Notes: generated from the sequence alone by a model not told the origin. 64,000 nt of DNA from Harriotta raleighana (GCA_050575255.1 JBNZDD010013718.1:7432579-7496578), one strand, 5' to 3'; positions 11,501 through 25,210 are shown, counted from the stretch's first letter. Numbers and translations are program-made.

Positions 11501-14500
11501 ATGCTACCCTGCTTGGAGGGTGCTAAATAAACACAAGTTGTTGTTAACTCCGTTGAATGATTATTTTAATTCAGAATTTATTTTCTTTAACCTGGATAAC
11601 AATTAAAATACAGTTATCTAGCACAGGCTGCTCGTTAAACATGAACCACAGGAATTGACCTATCTATGCCCAGTGCAGATTGCCAGAACATTTTTTCCCC
11701 CAAAATTCTGCACTGTTGATCTTCTCTTCTCCAACAGTGGCTCCATGTTTGTAACTTTCCCATCAAGAGAACAGGTGGCTCGCTCTCCAGGTCATTGTGT
11801 ATTCATCAATAGTAATCAATGATTAGCCAAGCAGAGCTTTTTTCATCAATGTTTTTTCATCTTGCTTCTTTCTCTGAATCCCCTTCTCCCCAACTAACCA
11901 CAGAATGATCCATAGTTAGGGTGTGCTAGCCTGGCAGATAATTCACTAAATGTAGCATCTGTTCCTAGTGCTTGTTGAACAGTTATCCAGGATGTGTCAT
12001 CTTCTGTGAATTCTTCCTATTTCCATTTGCTTGTTTGATGCTAAAACAGGCCTGATGGCAATGGAATCCAAATTATTAGTGGAAGTTATTATTCCAATGC
12101 AAGAACTGACATTTAAGTGGGCTTTTCCTTTGCTTCTTGGGGGCCCTGTCAGATGTAAGGAAATTAGTTTCTAAAAAGAATAATTGGAAAGTAACTGGGT
12201 GAGCGGGTTTGCAAAAAGGCGATTTATGGTCCATCTAATCCAGGAAAAAGTTTGACTTGATGAATACAGAGAGTCATGCTTCTTAGCTGGGTCAATAGGT
12301 GAGGTATCTTCTGATGTCCTGTCACGGAATGATTTTGACAGCAATTTGGAATGTGCATGGTCCAGGATCACTGTTTTTCTTCCCTCACCCCCACAATCCA
12401 AATGGGGGGGAGGCAGGGGAAGAAATCAAGAGACACTCTGGAAAGGGAAAATCTGATAATTTAACCACTAAATTATTTGTTTTGTAGCATAGTGAAGCTG
12501 CCGCATGCAAAAAGTTGAGGGGGGAACCGTTTCAACTAAAATCATCTGAATGCATAAAATAACACAATTCATTTTTTTATTCAAGGAAAGTAAGTGTTTA
12601 TACTCTTGTTAGTATATTGCAAAACCATTCCAGCTTAATCTGGCGTGACAAGCTTTGAAAGGAATGAAAAACTTTGGAAAATGGATTTTGCATAGTAACC
12701 AGTCTTTTCTTTCATTCTCCAGATATACAAATACTACTCATTGATGAGGAGTCTTCCTCAACTCTTATTTCTGGCATTCCTCAGCTTACTTTATCCATTT
12801 TTATTGGTGAAGAATGATGAGACATCTGGAAAAATTGGCTCAAATGAGGTAAGTGTCAAATTTGATGGCAGTGATTGTAGACTTCAATCAAAGTCAGGCA
12901 CCGATGAAGATGTCTGTTTGTTCACTGGGGTTGGATTAAAAGCTTATTATTTTTGAACTTCCCTAGGTACAATTTTTTAACAACACGGTGGATTTGAATT
13001 GAGTTGGTGATTAAAACAATGTTCATTTAGTAAAATCTCTGACTCACAAACTAACATTGTTGAAATCTTAAATTAAACTTTTAAAATTCTCATCATGATG
13101 TATTGAAATTATTAATGACCACTGCCTGAAAAGATCATGAATGCACAATGCATAATCTAACCTAATGAGGTTTTAGCACCATTTCCCACATTGTTTATAG
13201 TTTAGTAAGAATAGTGTTCATTCAGAAATCTACTATTCCAACTGAGGATAAATGCAGTCCCCGTGTTAATGCATCTTAAATGATTAACTAACTGATTGAC
13301 ATCATTTAGTAGCTGAGGATTTAGATCCTATGTTCTTTGCGTCCTCCATTTCCCTTGTTAGTTGAACTGGTTTTGATGGTTTTATATTGGGTTAATCCTA
13401 CTGTGTTTTCAGTAGCTATCTGGTTTCTCAAAAGGCTCATTCTAATCTCCATACTATTTGCACCAGACTGTCAGAATAATGTTCTTAATTGGTTGGGATA
13501 AAATCTGTTCCTGCATTGTGTGCCTCTCCAAATACAAAGTATTATGTTCAGGGCTCAATAAGGATTTCCATTTATGGTTAAGCAGCCAAGGGACGTGCAT
13601 TTAGTGGAAATTTTGAAAGTTGCTGTGTGTTAGCCTATAGTCATCGTTTATAACAGGAAAGTTTATTTGAATGTTTTCAATCAACCCCTTGAACTCATTG
13701 TTCATCTATATGCTTTTAGAGTAATTCTTTCTCCAAGAATAAACCTTTCCTTTTTTTTAATCCATGGTTGTGCTACATCTGATTTGTCTGTTTTGATTTC
13801 TTCCTCTGCAGTGCCTTTCTAATGCATATTACACCGACTACGTCAAGGTTATGCTGAGAAAGAAACCACCTCCTGGGTAGGATGGTTTTACATTCAGCTG
13901 TTAAATAAATTGCATCCCCAGCCATTTTAAAGTTGTGTATTCCTCTCTCATATTTATGCGATTAACTAAAATGTTCTGCTTTTTTTTTTCTCTCCTCCAT
14001 ACTCAGTGCCGAGCCAGCGCAGGTAAGTATCCCCTCTCGGATAGGAGCGATGATACGATCATACATCTACATACCAGTGGAAGGTAATTCACGTAGCTGA
14101 GGATTCTTATCTATGCTTGATAATAATACAAACTGTGCATACTCAAAAAGAACAATTCTAAATTTGCAAAATGATCAAAGTTTACAAATGGTGGGGGAGG
14201 GGGGGGAACTATATGTTTTGGTCTGCGCCATGGTCATGATCCTTATCCTTGCATTTGATGTCATGTCTTTCCAGATCAGGAGGATGTCTCAAAAGTATCT
14301 CGCATGATTCACAAAAGACTGTATTTTTGTAGGCAAACATGACAGCTGATTTTCACCCACATTGTACCACAAACATTTATCTGCTAATGAACACCTGTTT
14401 GGACAGTAAATCTGATGTTAGCAGAAAAGAGTGTATGAACTTGACTTGAATGATAAATGAAAGAACACAGTTTTCTCTCAGGTCTATGTATTTTTATTGA

Positions 14501-16376
14501 TTAAAAATCAGATCAGGAATGGAGCTATTCCAAAGTCCTTGCTTGGCTTTAAATGGTGTTATTTTTGTGGCATTTCATCCACAAATACTGTATATAGTCA
14601 ATTCGCTTTACAGTGTATTCTGTAAAGTGCTTTCAGACATCTAGAAGATGTGAAAAGTGGTATATCGAATGCAAGGATTATTATTTATTGTTTTTCTTAA
14701 CTTATCTTTTACCACCAGAGAGATTTTGTCAGAGTTTTATTGCAACTAACAATTCTTTTTACATCCTTTTCAGGATTCAGTGCACCAACAAAACTGGTCA
14801 TAACTATGACTGTGGCAATAGTTTCTGTCTATCAGGTAAGCACCTTTAATGATTTTTAAACTAATAACTCATTATTTTATAGCTCATGGGCATCTCCTCA
14901 GCTGTGAATCAGATTACATTTTCAGCACAATTCAGAGGAAACATCCTATAAATATATCGTATTTGGTTAGGGTGAATGTCCAAAGTGATGGGTATTTGTT
15001 AGATATTGCTTCATTGCTACAAGCATGCAGATAAATGTATGCAAAGCTGCTGATATTAATGGATTTATGAATAAGATGATTCTTCATTATTTTAGAATTA
15101 ATTACTTAAATAAAATGGGTTGTATATCTAGGGATGCTTTACACAAACATTTATGTATAAAATGGCCTCCCCACCTGAAAGGTGCTCTATAAATCTATAT
15201 ACAATATATATTTATATTATATTGCTAATGTTATCTTCTTCTACATTTCCTGCAGGTTGCTGTTCTAATTATTGTGAGTGTTTTACCCACTCTGCAGAAG
15301 GTACGGTTAGGAGTCCAAGAAGATATCTCCTACCTACTTGATGAATTTCATGTTAGCCTATCCCCAAATAGGGCTGAAGTTGTCACTATTGTCAAGTACC
15401 TATTTTGGGTGGTTGAAGGTACTCACTTAGTTGTTTGTTATAATAATATTTGATATAGTGCCTTATCACATTGTTGAGATGTCTCAATGTGCTTTATAGA
15501 ATATGTTAGAAAGCAAATTGATTGCGTACTTTTGTGGGAGAAATGTGGCAGCCAATTGCACAGCAGAAATTTGAATATTGTAAATAACTTTCATTTTGAT
15601 CTCATTTTTCTGAGTGTTTCCGTCACAAATGAGTCTTGGAACAAGTTTATAGTATATAGTTTATATGAGGCAAGGGAAAGCCATTGGCCCATTTATTTCT
15701 AGTGTAATAATGGGGATATCTGGATGTTTATGACCACATCAATGCATTGGTCTTCACTTAATCCTGGAATACAGTGGTTAAACCAAGGTTGTGATTAAAA
15801 GGCAAGGGCTTGTTTTTTTGTGGTGTTTTATCACGTCAAATGTTCACAATAATTGATGTTGAATGCAATAATTATTTTCTAGCCAGGTGCAGTAACCATT
15901 TGGGGCTATAATAATGGACAAAATATGTAGAAAATATGATGTATAATATCTGATTAAAACATGGAAGTTTTTTTTCTTCTTTTTCCAACAGTCTGCTATC
16001 TGTCTGCTGTGGCTGTTTCCTGTGTTGTAACTCTTCTTACATTAATGAGGTCAATGGTTTTACACAGGTAATTTTTAAAATCAATTCAGAGGTCATTCCT
16101 CCCAAGGGTAATGTACTTGGATATGTAAACTGCCCTGTGATCAATTTTAAACACATTGAGAATGGAGGCAGCAAATGTGACTTGATGTATAATATAATGG
16201 TTCAATGTGATGCTTTTAGAAGTATTTGAGCTTGTCAGTGTTTGGAAAATGCATCACATTTTTTCCTTTTTGAATTGTAAGTTATTATTAGTGTTGTGTG
16301 ATTGTGCACCAGTTTTCAACCTTGACATTGACAAAGAAATGGTCCCTGTTCTATTTAAATACTTACTGTACTGTCG

Positions 16377-16414
<38 letters not shown>

Positions 16415-19400
16415 CACTGCTTACATAATCCTAGCAATATGTATCCAAGCAAGCATGAAATTACATTTTGTTCATTACAGAGACAACCTCAGGGCTCTCT
16501 ACAGAGGCGACACTCAAAGAGTCTTCAACTGTATAAGGCATATTAAACCCTCGAGATCCAGCATTGCCTCCTGGATGTGTTTCACTGGCTACCAGGCTGC
16601 CCATGTCTGTTTAGGTAACTAATTGTGGACACTCTGATTAATGGAATGAATTCTGTAGTTGATGAACTTTAACTAAGACAAGTTGTAACCTTTTGCTTAT
16701 TTTCGTTACCTCCCCACACACACACACACTCACAGACAGACAGACAGACAGACTGTCACTGTCTGAAGTATACAATCATGTTTTCTGTCTCCCTCCTGAA
16801 TTATTTTTATTTTAAATAGTTAAGATTTAAATCTTATTGAATATTTCACTCAGATTTAAAATTCTGAAAAATAATAGTTACTGAATTTTTATTGCAGCAA
16901 ATTTTAAGGTGTGTCTGCTTGTGTATTTTTAAATATAAAATGTGATTACATTCCAGATTCCATCAGCTTGCTTATTCTAAATGCTTTTGATTTAACAGTG
17001 CCTGCATTTCCTATTAGAACTATTTGTTACTTAATTTAAATAGCTTTAGCATACAATCTATTTACTAGTTTATGCTATTTTCTTAATTCATTTCAGTCAT
17101 GACCTTCTGGGAAGTACTAAAGGTAAATGCATGTTCATCATAGAGTGGGGAGTGCCTTATTTGCCTTGCAATGCCTAATTTTCAATAAGATGTTGTTTGG
17201 TGAAATATTGACCAATGCATTGATGTGGTCATATACACCCAGATATCCCCATTATTACACTAGAAATAAATGGGCCAATGGCTTTCCCTTGCCTCATATG
17301 ACAATAAACTTGTTCCAAGACTCATTTGTGATGGAAACACTCAGAAAAATGAGATCAAAATGAAAGTTATTTACAAAAACCTCAATATTCACATTTCTGC
17401 TGTGCAATTGGCTTCTAAATTAAATCTAGTTGTGAACCTTATTCTTTGCATTGCTCCTTTTTTTGAAGGGCTCATCATTCAACAGATAGTGATCTTTATT
17501 TGTTTCCTGCTATTTGCCTTTCTCATCGTTATTCCCATTCTGACTGGCCAAAACATGATCATCTTCCATATACTGGAGAAAATGTGGTGAGTAATGTTAC
17601 TTACTGGAGAGCGAGGATTAAGATATCAAATGGAAATTCTTGATCTATTGTTACATGGGGAGTATTGTGATGCATATTTGTTTTCTCTCATTTTTTTATA
17701 GGCCGTTCTGGTTAATGCTAATTCTGGTAGTCTTACTCCAACATGTATTGGCTCGTTTCATTTTCCTTCAGAAAAATGGAGAAACATTCAGTGTCACAAA
17801 TAGGTATGGAATGAAACAACAAAATTACACTTGTATAGTGTTTTTCACATCAGGAAGACGTCCCAAGGCACTGGGCAATCATTGTTTCAGACCCAAGCTG
17901 GGGATGGGGAGGATGGAGGGAAAGGGGAGGATTTGGTGTGACCGATGGGACTGTCGAAGAGGATAAGTATTTTATTGTATATTTGAAAGCTGAATAGGAA
18001 ATTTTACTCCAAATGGTTGTGTGCATCTGGAATATTTCACAATGCATTTCAATTTTTCTGTTCTTCTTAGACGAATACTCTACATCTTCACCTACCTTCT
18101 ATTCACATTCAATGTGCTGATAGGAGTTATTGCTGCGGTTTGGCGATTGGTTCTCACTGCACTCTTCAATGTCATCCATTTCTGTCGACTGGACCTTGGG
18201 CTGCTCAATCGTGGGGTTGAGATGTTTGACCCAGGTAACGCTATAGACTCTACCATAAGTGTTCTGTTTTATGATGGATTTCTAATACTTCAGTAAATAG
18301 TCAGGATCCTCTGCAATAAAACAGGGGAAAAGATGTTGGGAAAAAAACATCTGTACAAAATGTACAAAATGCTTTTGACTTACATAGGAAATGGGTAGAA
18401 AGAGCTAACACTAATACAACAAATTATATGACCTCCAACTGTGTAATTTCCATGGGAAATTATAACTAATGGGATTTTATTAGTTTTATCCCATTTTGTG
18501 ACTGTACAGAATCCATTGTGCACATGTGTTTTACCACTCTATGAATGGTGTAACTTGATCTGAGGCTACTGGAGATCCTGTCCTTGAACTGACCAACCAT
18601 TAGGAAATTTGTAAATGCTCCTGAGGAGGACTTATGATTTGTCCGGTTACTTCCCCCATCCCCCACCCCTCCCATTGCAATTCCTGCGTGAAAGTGCCTA
18701 TGCCGTCCATCTGATTAGTTTCCCCTTTTTTTCCGACATCTTTTCCCCACCTACCCTGCAAACATTTTGGTCGCTGGGAAGGTCAAGAAATATAAAAATG
18801 ATCAATTTCTTGAAATAGTACTTTTTATGTTGGCTGGTCACCTGCAAATGTTTCACAAGATTTACTGTAAAGTATAGTGACTATGTTGTAGGATGTTAAG
18901 AGTTATCAACAGTTAATACTTTCCTCCCCCAGGTTACTATTCTTACATCAATTTCCTCACGATTGAAGTCAGCCAATCACATCCAGTGATGAAAGCTTTT
19001 TGCTCTCTTCTGCTTCATTCCCGAAGCTCTGAGCGAAGTGTTGGACATCAGAGTAAAGATGTGGAGGAAGGTTAGCTATGCTAAAATGGAGGACAAAGGC
19101 TGGAAATATAATGAAGAAACTGAATCCTCATCTCCTACTTTAAAGTTTCCATGGCACTATGTTTCTCTCAGTGACCTGTCCTACAGTTTTCACCCCTACC
19201 CACCCACGATAGAATTGTTCATTCCTTCATGACTGTTTGAGGGAAGTTTGCTGTGTTCAAATTGGCATCTGCATTTTCCTACAAAATATACAATCTCTTA
19301 ATTTCACAATAAATTCTGCAAAGCACTATGTCGCATGATGGCATTAGGATTATAAAGTGCATCCTGTTTCCTTGTAATCCACTCACTTAGAGTTACTTTT

Positions 19401-19832
19401 TTTTTCCTTTGCACATAATGCCACTTTCTAGCATTTCGTAATGTAAGTAAATTGAACCAATATCTTAAAAAGGCAACATGTCTCAATCCTGTTATTATAT
19501 TATTCCAGAACTGGGTGGGGGGAATGTTCATGAACTGCATTTGTGAAGAGCAAACATTATGTCTGATCATGATCTAATTGTGGATTTTTTCACCACTTCC
19601 AGGGATTCAACTGATGCAAACTGATCAAAAATGTACAAAAGCAGCCAGATCCAAACGGGCAAGAGCAAAGTGGTGCTTACTGCTCACTCTATTGAACAAT
19701 CCTTCACTGGTCGAAGCCAGAAGATCCTTTGGTCACTTGTCAACAGATATGGTCTTGAATGGAAAATTGAGCCTCTCACCCAAGGACAGCAAAGATGAAC
19801 TTGATAAACCTGAGACATGTGAAAGTGAATAG
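8574..19832 (+). CDS. STRA6: Receptor for retinol uptake STRA6 (multi-pass membrane protein), 17 coding exons, 669 aa
   Basis: Coding exons with GT-AG junctions and matching phases: 8574-8668, 8844-8910, 9216-9301, 10351-10490, 11120-11286, 12723-12848, 13812-13876, 14007-14083, 14774-14835, 15256-15418, 15992-16067, 16481-16614, 17469-17586, 17702-17803, 18071-18234, 18933-19070, 19603-19832 (2010 nt including TAG). The translation carries STRA6 motifs: PAAVF, YYPxx[56 protein letters not shown], RARxxW..TLLNNPSL. Confidence 0.97.
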
Positions 19833-21263
19833 GCTGATATGTAGATCTGAGCTTTTGTTGCACCTAATCTAGACAGCAAGGTCAGACATGTTACGTTTTT
19901 CACTTCTCACCTTTTTGGTTACTGGTTTCACTTACTAACATAAAAGTATTTGTCTAAATACACTGAAACACCTGCTCAAATAACCAGGAACAATTTAGAG
20001 CCAAGACTGCACTAGAATCAAAAGAAAACATCAACAAGCGTGACCTCAGTCAGTTTGTGAATGCCTATTCTCCCTTTTTTACTATTAATCTATAAATTAA
20101 ACCCCAAAGTTCAGCAAAATGCTACTTTAAGTACATAATTACTTTAAATTACATGATAGAAATGAATAATCTTCAAAAATAGTACATCTTAGAGGGAATA
20201 GAAAGGATTTTTTTGGTTGAATGATTTTGAAAACCAAGAGATTTACATCTGTTGCCATCTAATCCGTGCTGCCTGACGGTTGCCAATAGCAAGTGTGTAA
20301 GGTCTGCCATCTGCCACTCCTATGTATTGGGATACCTGTTGATTTTAATATTCTGCATTAACAAAAGTGAAATGTGTGAGGAAATGAATTTCTACACCTT
20401 TCCTTCCACATGTATTTAATACTGTATTTGATGTAAAACTATTGTGCGTACAATGACAAATGAGATCACCAATTTGTTGAATAGAGACTGAGTTGATGTA
20501 AAGCAAGAAAGCAAGAAAAAATAATTTCATGGTGTTTTGATTGGACACCTTTGAAAATATGGTGTATACTGACATGCAAACCTAATCTATAAAGCTACAT
20601 GCATTTTAATTCATGTCTAGATATTTTTCAATATTTTCTTGTATTGCCATATACTATATCTAATGAGAATATCTATATTTGGTGAGCTTTAAGGGCATGC
20701 CTTTTAAATTTAGGATCTTTACAAACCATCATCTTGCAATGTAACTACAGTAATCATTGAAGAAACCTGGAATAACACATCAGATAAAATGCAAACCCAC
20801 ATCCTGTATTATAGTCTCCATCCTGTAATTTGTCAAGAAATGTTGACCTGGGATCAGGATTTTTTTATGGCAATTCTATGCTTGGAATATTGTTTCATCC
20901 TTGCCCTGCTGTACCAAATGTTTCAAATTAGGATTTAGAAACATTATTTGTGTGTTTTGCTTAAACTCCAGACAGAAACCAAGAAGAAACATTACTATTT
21001 TAATGTCATCACTTTTGTGAATAATTGCCTGACTGAAAATTGTACACAGTTTCCAATGTTGAGTTCATACAAGAATGTTTGAAATAGCTAACACTTTGGT
21101 AAATGATATTTCAATTAGTGGATTTTCTATGGAAGTAAAATCTTGCAGCTTTTAAATGTCAATTAATCCAGAAATATCTGAATGCATTTATTTTCTTAAC
21201 ACCTGACCTAAAGATTGAATATTTTAAATATCCCACATTGCTGAGATTTGAATAATAATCCAT

Positions 21264-21627
21264 GGAGTCCTGTAGCTCAGTGGTTAGAGCGCTCAAGCCA
21301 GAGATATAGGTTTGATTCCCGACAGGGCAAAATGTTGGGCACGTTTCCTAACTCCACATTCCTTTGTTTACCTAGCAGTAAGCAGGCTCCCAGCTGTTAG
21401 TCAAATTCTGGATTGTTTTCCAAGGGTAATACCTCCTTTAGAAAAAATACAATAATAAATTGGTTACTCAATCTGTGACTGTTTGTGGGACGCTGCTGGG
21501 TTTTGCCCACAAAATATAGGGTCAATTCACTTTACATTATACACTGTCAGGTGCTTTGAAATAGTTTGACTTTAGTTTGAAGATAGTTTGAAGACTTGAT
21601 ACGGCGATATATCAAATGCAAGTATAA
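21264..21627 (+). mobile_element. tRNA-derived SINE, near full length
   Basis: A-box tagctcagtggttagagc, B-box ggtttgattcc, shared body gactgtttgtgggac…gtcaattcactttaca and tail tatatcaaatgcaag, as in the other copies. Confidence 0.85.
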
Positions 21628-23375
21628 TTGTGTGTGTTCAGTCAATACCTTCCAGGACACCATTTGCCACTGCTGCAAGTGTGTCTATGGTTATGTGAAG
21701 TTGTTTTTTATTAATAGCACTTCAGCTATCGCTATAATGTTATCTCTTAAGTGTTTAATCAGATCCGTGCAATGATTTCCATTGATTCAGTCTCAATAGC
21801 CAACTGTTACCCCACATCGTAACAACATCAACAACAAAATTACATGTGTAGAGCCCCTTTCAAGGTGGAAGAATGTCCCAAGGCCCTGAACAGTTGGGGT
21901 CCAGGACCCGAGCATGGGAGAGGGGAATGTTATCTCTCTAATAGCCATCTCAGTGAAGAAATTCCTTCCAACCTTATCTACTGCACACCTTCTCTGCGAT
22001 TCAGAAAGGTAACAGAAGCTGAGGGTATATTTTACTTCCCCTCTAACCTCTCTCCCCCCACCCCTGCCCGTGTGTGTTGAGGCACTTCATATGCGCCCAC
22101 TATCGCTTTCTCAGCAGCTGATCAACACAAACTTGCAGTTTTAGAGGAAATGTGTCCACTCTACCTTTTTGAGAAGGGGTCGAGATGGCAGGTATGTCTC
22201 ATGGTTTGTGGCTTCTGAGCTACTTTCCTAACTGAACTGAAACTTTATGTGCAAGATCACTGCCACACAAGGAGGAATTAAACTTGCTTTTTTAAAAAAT
22301 CACCAGACGAATTGCATTCATTTCATTCTCAACGCTATGTGTTTATTTCTACAAGTGATGGATGAATGATTCATTCTATACAGGGAGGAGAAGGGTAACT
22401 TAAAATTCCCCAAGTGGAAATGCATATATGTGTTATACTGTATACACACCACCGTCTAGGAGTTTTAAAAGATAACTAGTTTAAAATACTGTACAGCGAC
22501 CTTGATTTGTATTCATTTTGCCAGGCGCTGTTCTTTCCTTTAGGCTAAGCTAGAGAATGATGTGCTGGAAAGAGACAGCTGTTTCAGAGCAGTACACATT
22601 CTCAGCTGGAAGGGGGGGGGGGGGGTAGGCGGGGAAGGACGAAAGCCTCATCACTAGCTTGGAGTCGGGAGATCCCTATTAATGGCATGGATTGCTGAGA
22701 GCAGCTGCAAGGAAGGCAGGAGCCATGGTGAACACAAGCTCTTTGGGGGAAAGGGGGATCAGAAACCAATACAGTATTTCCAACCAAAGCTGAAATCACA
22801 GCCCAAGAGGACACCGCCGTCTTCTTTGACGATGTCCTTAGAATGCGCTGGGGCTCGATCACCGTTGATGGTTATCTTTTACAATGCCTCAACACAAAAT
22901 GGAAACTTAAAGCACTTTTTAAAAAAATAAAAACCTATAACTCGCCCCACTAATCAGTTGCAGTACATTCCATTAAATTCCATTTACACTCAGCTTTCGG
23001 ATATTTTTTAAAAAGTTGATTTATTTTTTGTTCATGTGGCATCAAATTAGACTTTTTTTGTAAGTTTCCTATTCTGTGCTATAATTTATTGGGGATTTCC
23101 TAATGGGGTTAGATTCTCCACTCAAATAGTACCATGGATTTTTCATGTTTCTATAATGTAAAACTTTCTATGGGTTCGTATGAATATCTATCAGATACCT
23201 TTTGTGGTGTGCATGCTGTCCAGATATGAAATATAAAATAGGCGTATTATTGGGATACAACTGTAAAGCATTTCACAAAGTAGGTAATACAATAATGATA
23301 GAGGGTCCCTCAAAACCTTCTTGCTTTTCTTCAAGGCATAGTGACATGTCTACAAAGTATTAATAACAAATAACA

Positions 23376-23975
23376 ATAATACTTGTATTTGATATAGCGC
23401 TCTTCACCTCTTCTGGGCGTCTCAAAGAGCTTCACGGGATATACTGTAAAGTGAATTGATTGTACATTTGTGGGCAATGCGGCAGTCAATTGTGAGGGGC
23501 TGTGTCCCACAAACAGTCATGGAAATGACCAATTTACAGTATTATATTGTTTTTTTTCTTCAGGGATTATTATCAGGCACGTGGTGGCAAGGAAATTTGC
23601 CCAAGGTTTCGTCCTGGCCTGTCGAGAATCAAACCCAGGTCTCTCCTGAGCTACAGGATCCCAAAGATTATAACAAAAATAATAATAAGCCTTGCATTTG
23701 ATATAGCGCTTTTCATGACTTCTAGAGATGTCTCAAAGCACTTCACGGAATATACTGTAAAGTCAATTGACTATATTTGTGGGTGAAACGCGGCAGTCAA
23801 TTGTGCCCAGCAGCGTCCCACAAACAGACTTGGATTGAGTGACCAATTTATTATAGTTTTTTTTTCTTGAGGGGATATCATCAGGCGTATGGAGTAAGGA
23901 AACTTGCCCAAGGCTTCGCCCGGACCAGGATTGAATTCTCGGCTGGCGAAGGCGAGTTGCTGTCACCACTGAGGT
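23376..23975 (-). mobile_element. Two tandem copies of the tRNA-derived SINE (about 23376-23662 and 23678-23975)
   Basis: Each copy is the reverse complement of the SINE body and tail (ttgcatttgatatagcgct…atactgtaaagt..attga…cccacaaacag). Confidence 0.85.
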
Positions 23976-24130
23976 GAATGTTTGTGAGATTTTTTTTGGA
24001 AAAAAAAACAGTCTCATCGCTAAAAGGCGTCGCGTTACATCAAACCACGTGAAGATCGCCAGGCTGGGCGGGGTTTGAATTTTTTTTTCCAAAATAACAA
24101 CGCTTCAGACAGATTTGGAATACCTTGTCA

Positions 24131-24136
24131 TTTAAT
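24131..24136 (-). terminator. Candidate ISLR2 polyadenylation signal (ATTAAA)
   Basis: ATTAAA on the minus strand about 1.1 kb after the stop codon and just before the SINE pair at 23376-23975. Confidence 0.35.
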
Positions 24137-24979
24137 TGACTGAACACATACATAAACCAATATCAAAAAGGCCCGCTTTGCTGTGGGCAGGTTCGGGATA
24201 GAATGAAGTCAGTCGGATCAGAAACGAGCGCTGGGGATCCACAAATTGACTGATATTGTTCGCACGACAAACGGTATGATGTTTCCTTACACGAAGTGCA
24301 CCTCGTAACGGGACTTAAAACATGAACTTTACATAGACCGACCGACCCGACACAAACATATTGCGTATCTCAACTCGGCGAACTTGTGTTCTGCATCACT
24401 CAGAATGTAGAATATTTGCAGGAACCTTACCGTATATAAACATTGACGGATACATACACCGCATGGCTACAACTCTTCACTATATTAATATCCGGAATAT
24501 GCACAGATTTTAGGAATGGGGAGGAGGGGGAAGGGGGCTGGGTGGGTGGGTGGGTGGGGGGAGGGAGGGAGGTATTTTTGACCGCTGACATGCCAAAAGA
24601 TACGATTCTCTACAAAGTCATAAACAACTTTAGAAATTGAAGTCCCAAAAGCACCAGCAAATTTCAAAACGTTGTAACAAATATTCGAAAACGCTTCAGA
24701 GCGTTGCTCAGCACGATTTAAAAAGAATGTCTTTTGTAGAGCAGGTTAGCTGATGTCTCCCCCCTCTCTCTCTCTCGCTCTCTCTGCCCAGCAGCCGAAC
24801 ACACGGAGTTAGTGGTCGAATCGCATATTCCATGTGAAACCCTGGATCGCATTTAAATCCTCCCGAACCCAAGCGTCGCTGTCGATCAACAGCAACATTC
24901 CTGGGGGTCTGGAAAAGCGTGGGATTGGGAATCCATCCATATTGTCATTCATTGCTTGTTTGTGTGGGATTTCTGTACT

Positions 24980-25180
24980 GTATATGTTTATACACATATA
25001 TGTGTGTGTGTGGGTGGGGGTGGATGTATGCCTGTGTGTGTATGTATGGGTGGTGGAGGGGGGGGTATGCTTATGTGTGTGTGTATGTATGGGTGGGGGG
25101 GGTGTATGCTTGTGTTTGTGTGTGTATGGGTGGGGGGGTGGTGGTGTATGCCTGTGTGTGTGTGTGTGTGTGTGTTTGTA
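24980..25180. repeat. Degenerate (TG)n/G-run minisatellite in the ISLR2 3'UTR
   Basis: Repeated roughly 35-40 nt units of the form gtatgc(c/t)tgtgtgtgt…atgggtggggg. Confidence 0.85.
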
Positions 25181-25210
25181 CATCATAATTTGACTGTTGC
25201 TCGTGACTGA

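Noticed and set aside
24809-25210. ORFs rich in Cys/Val/Gly or His/Thr
   Set aside because: They are translations of the (TG)n/G-run repeat in the ISLR2 3'UTR.
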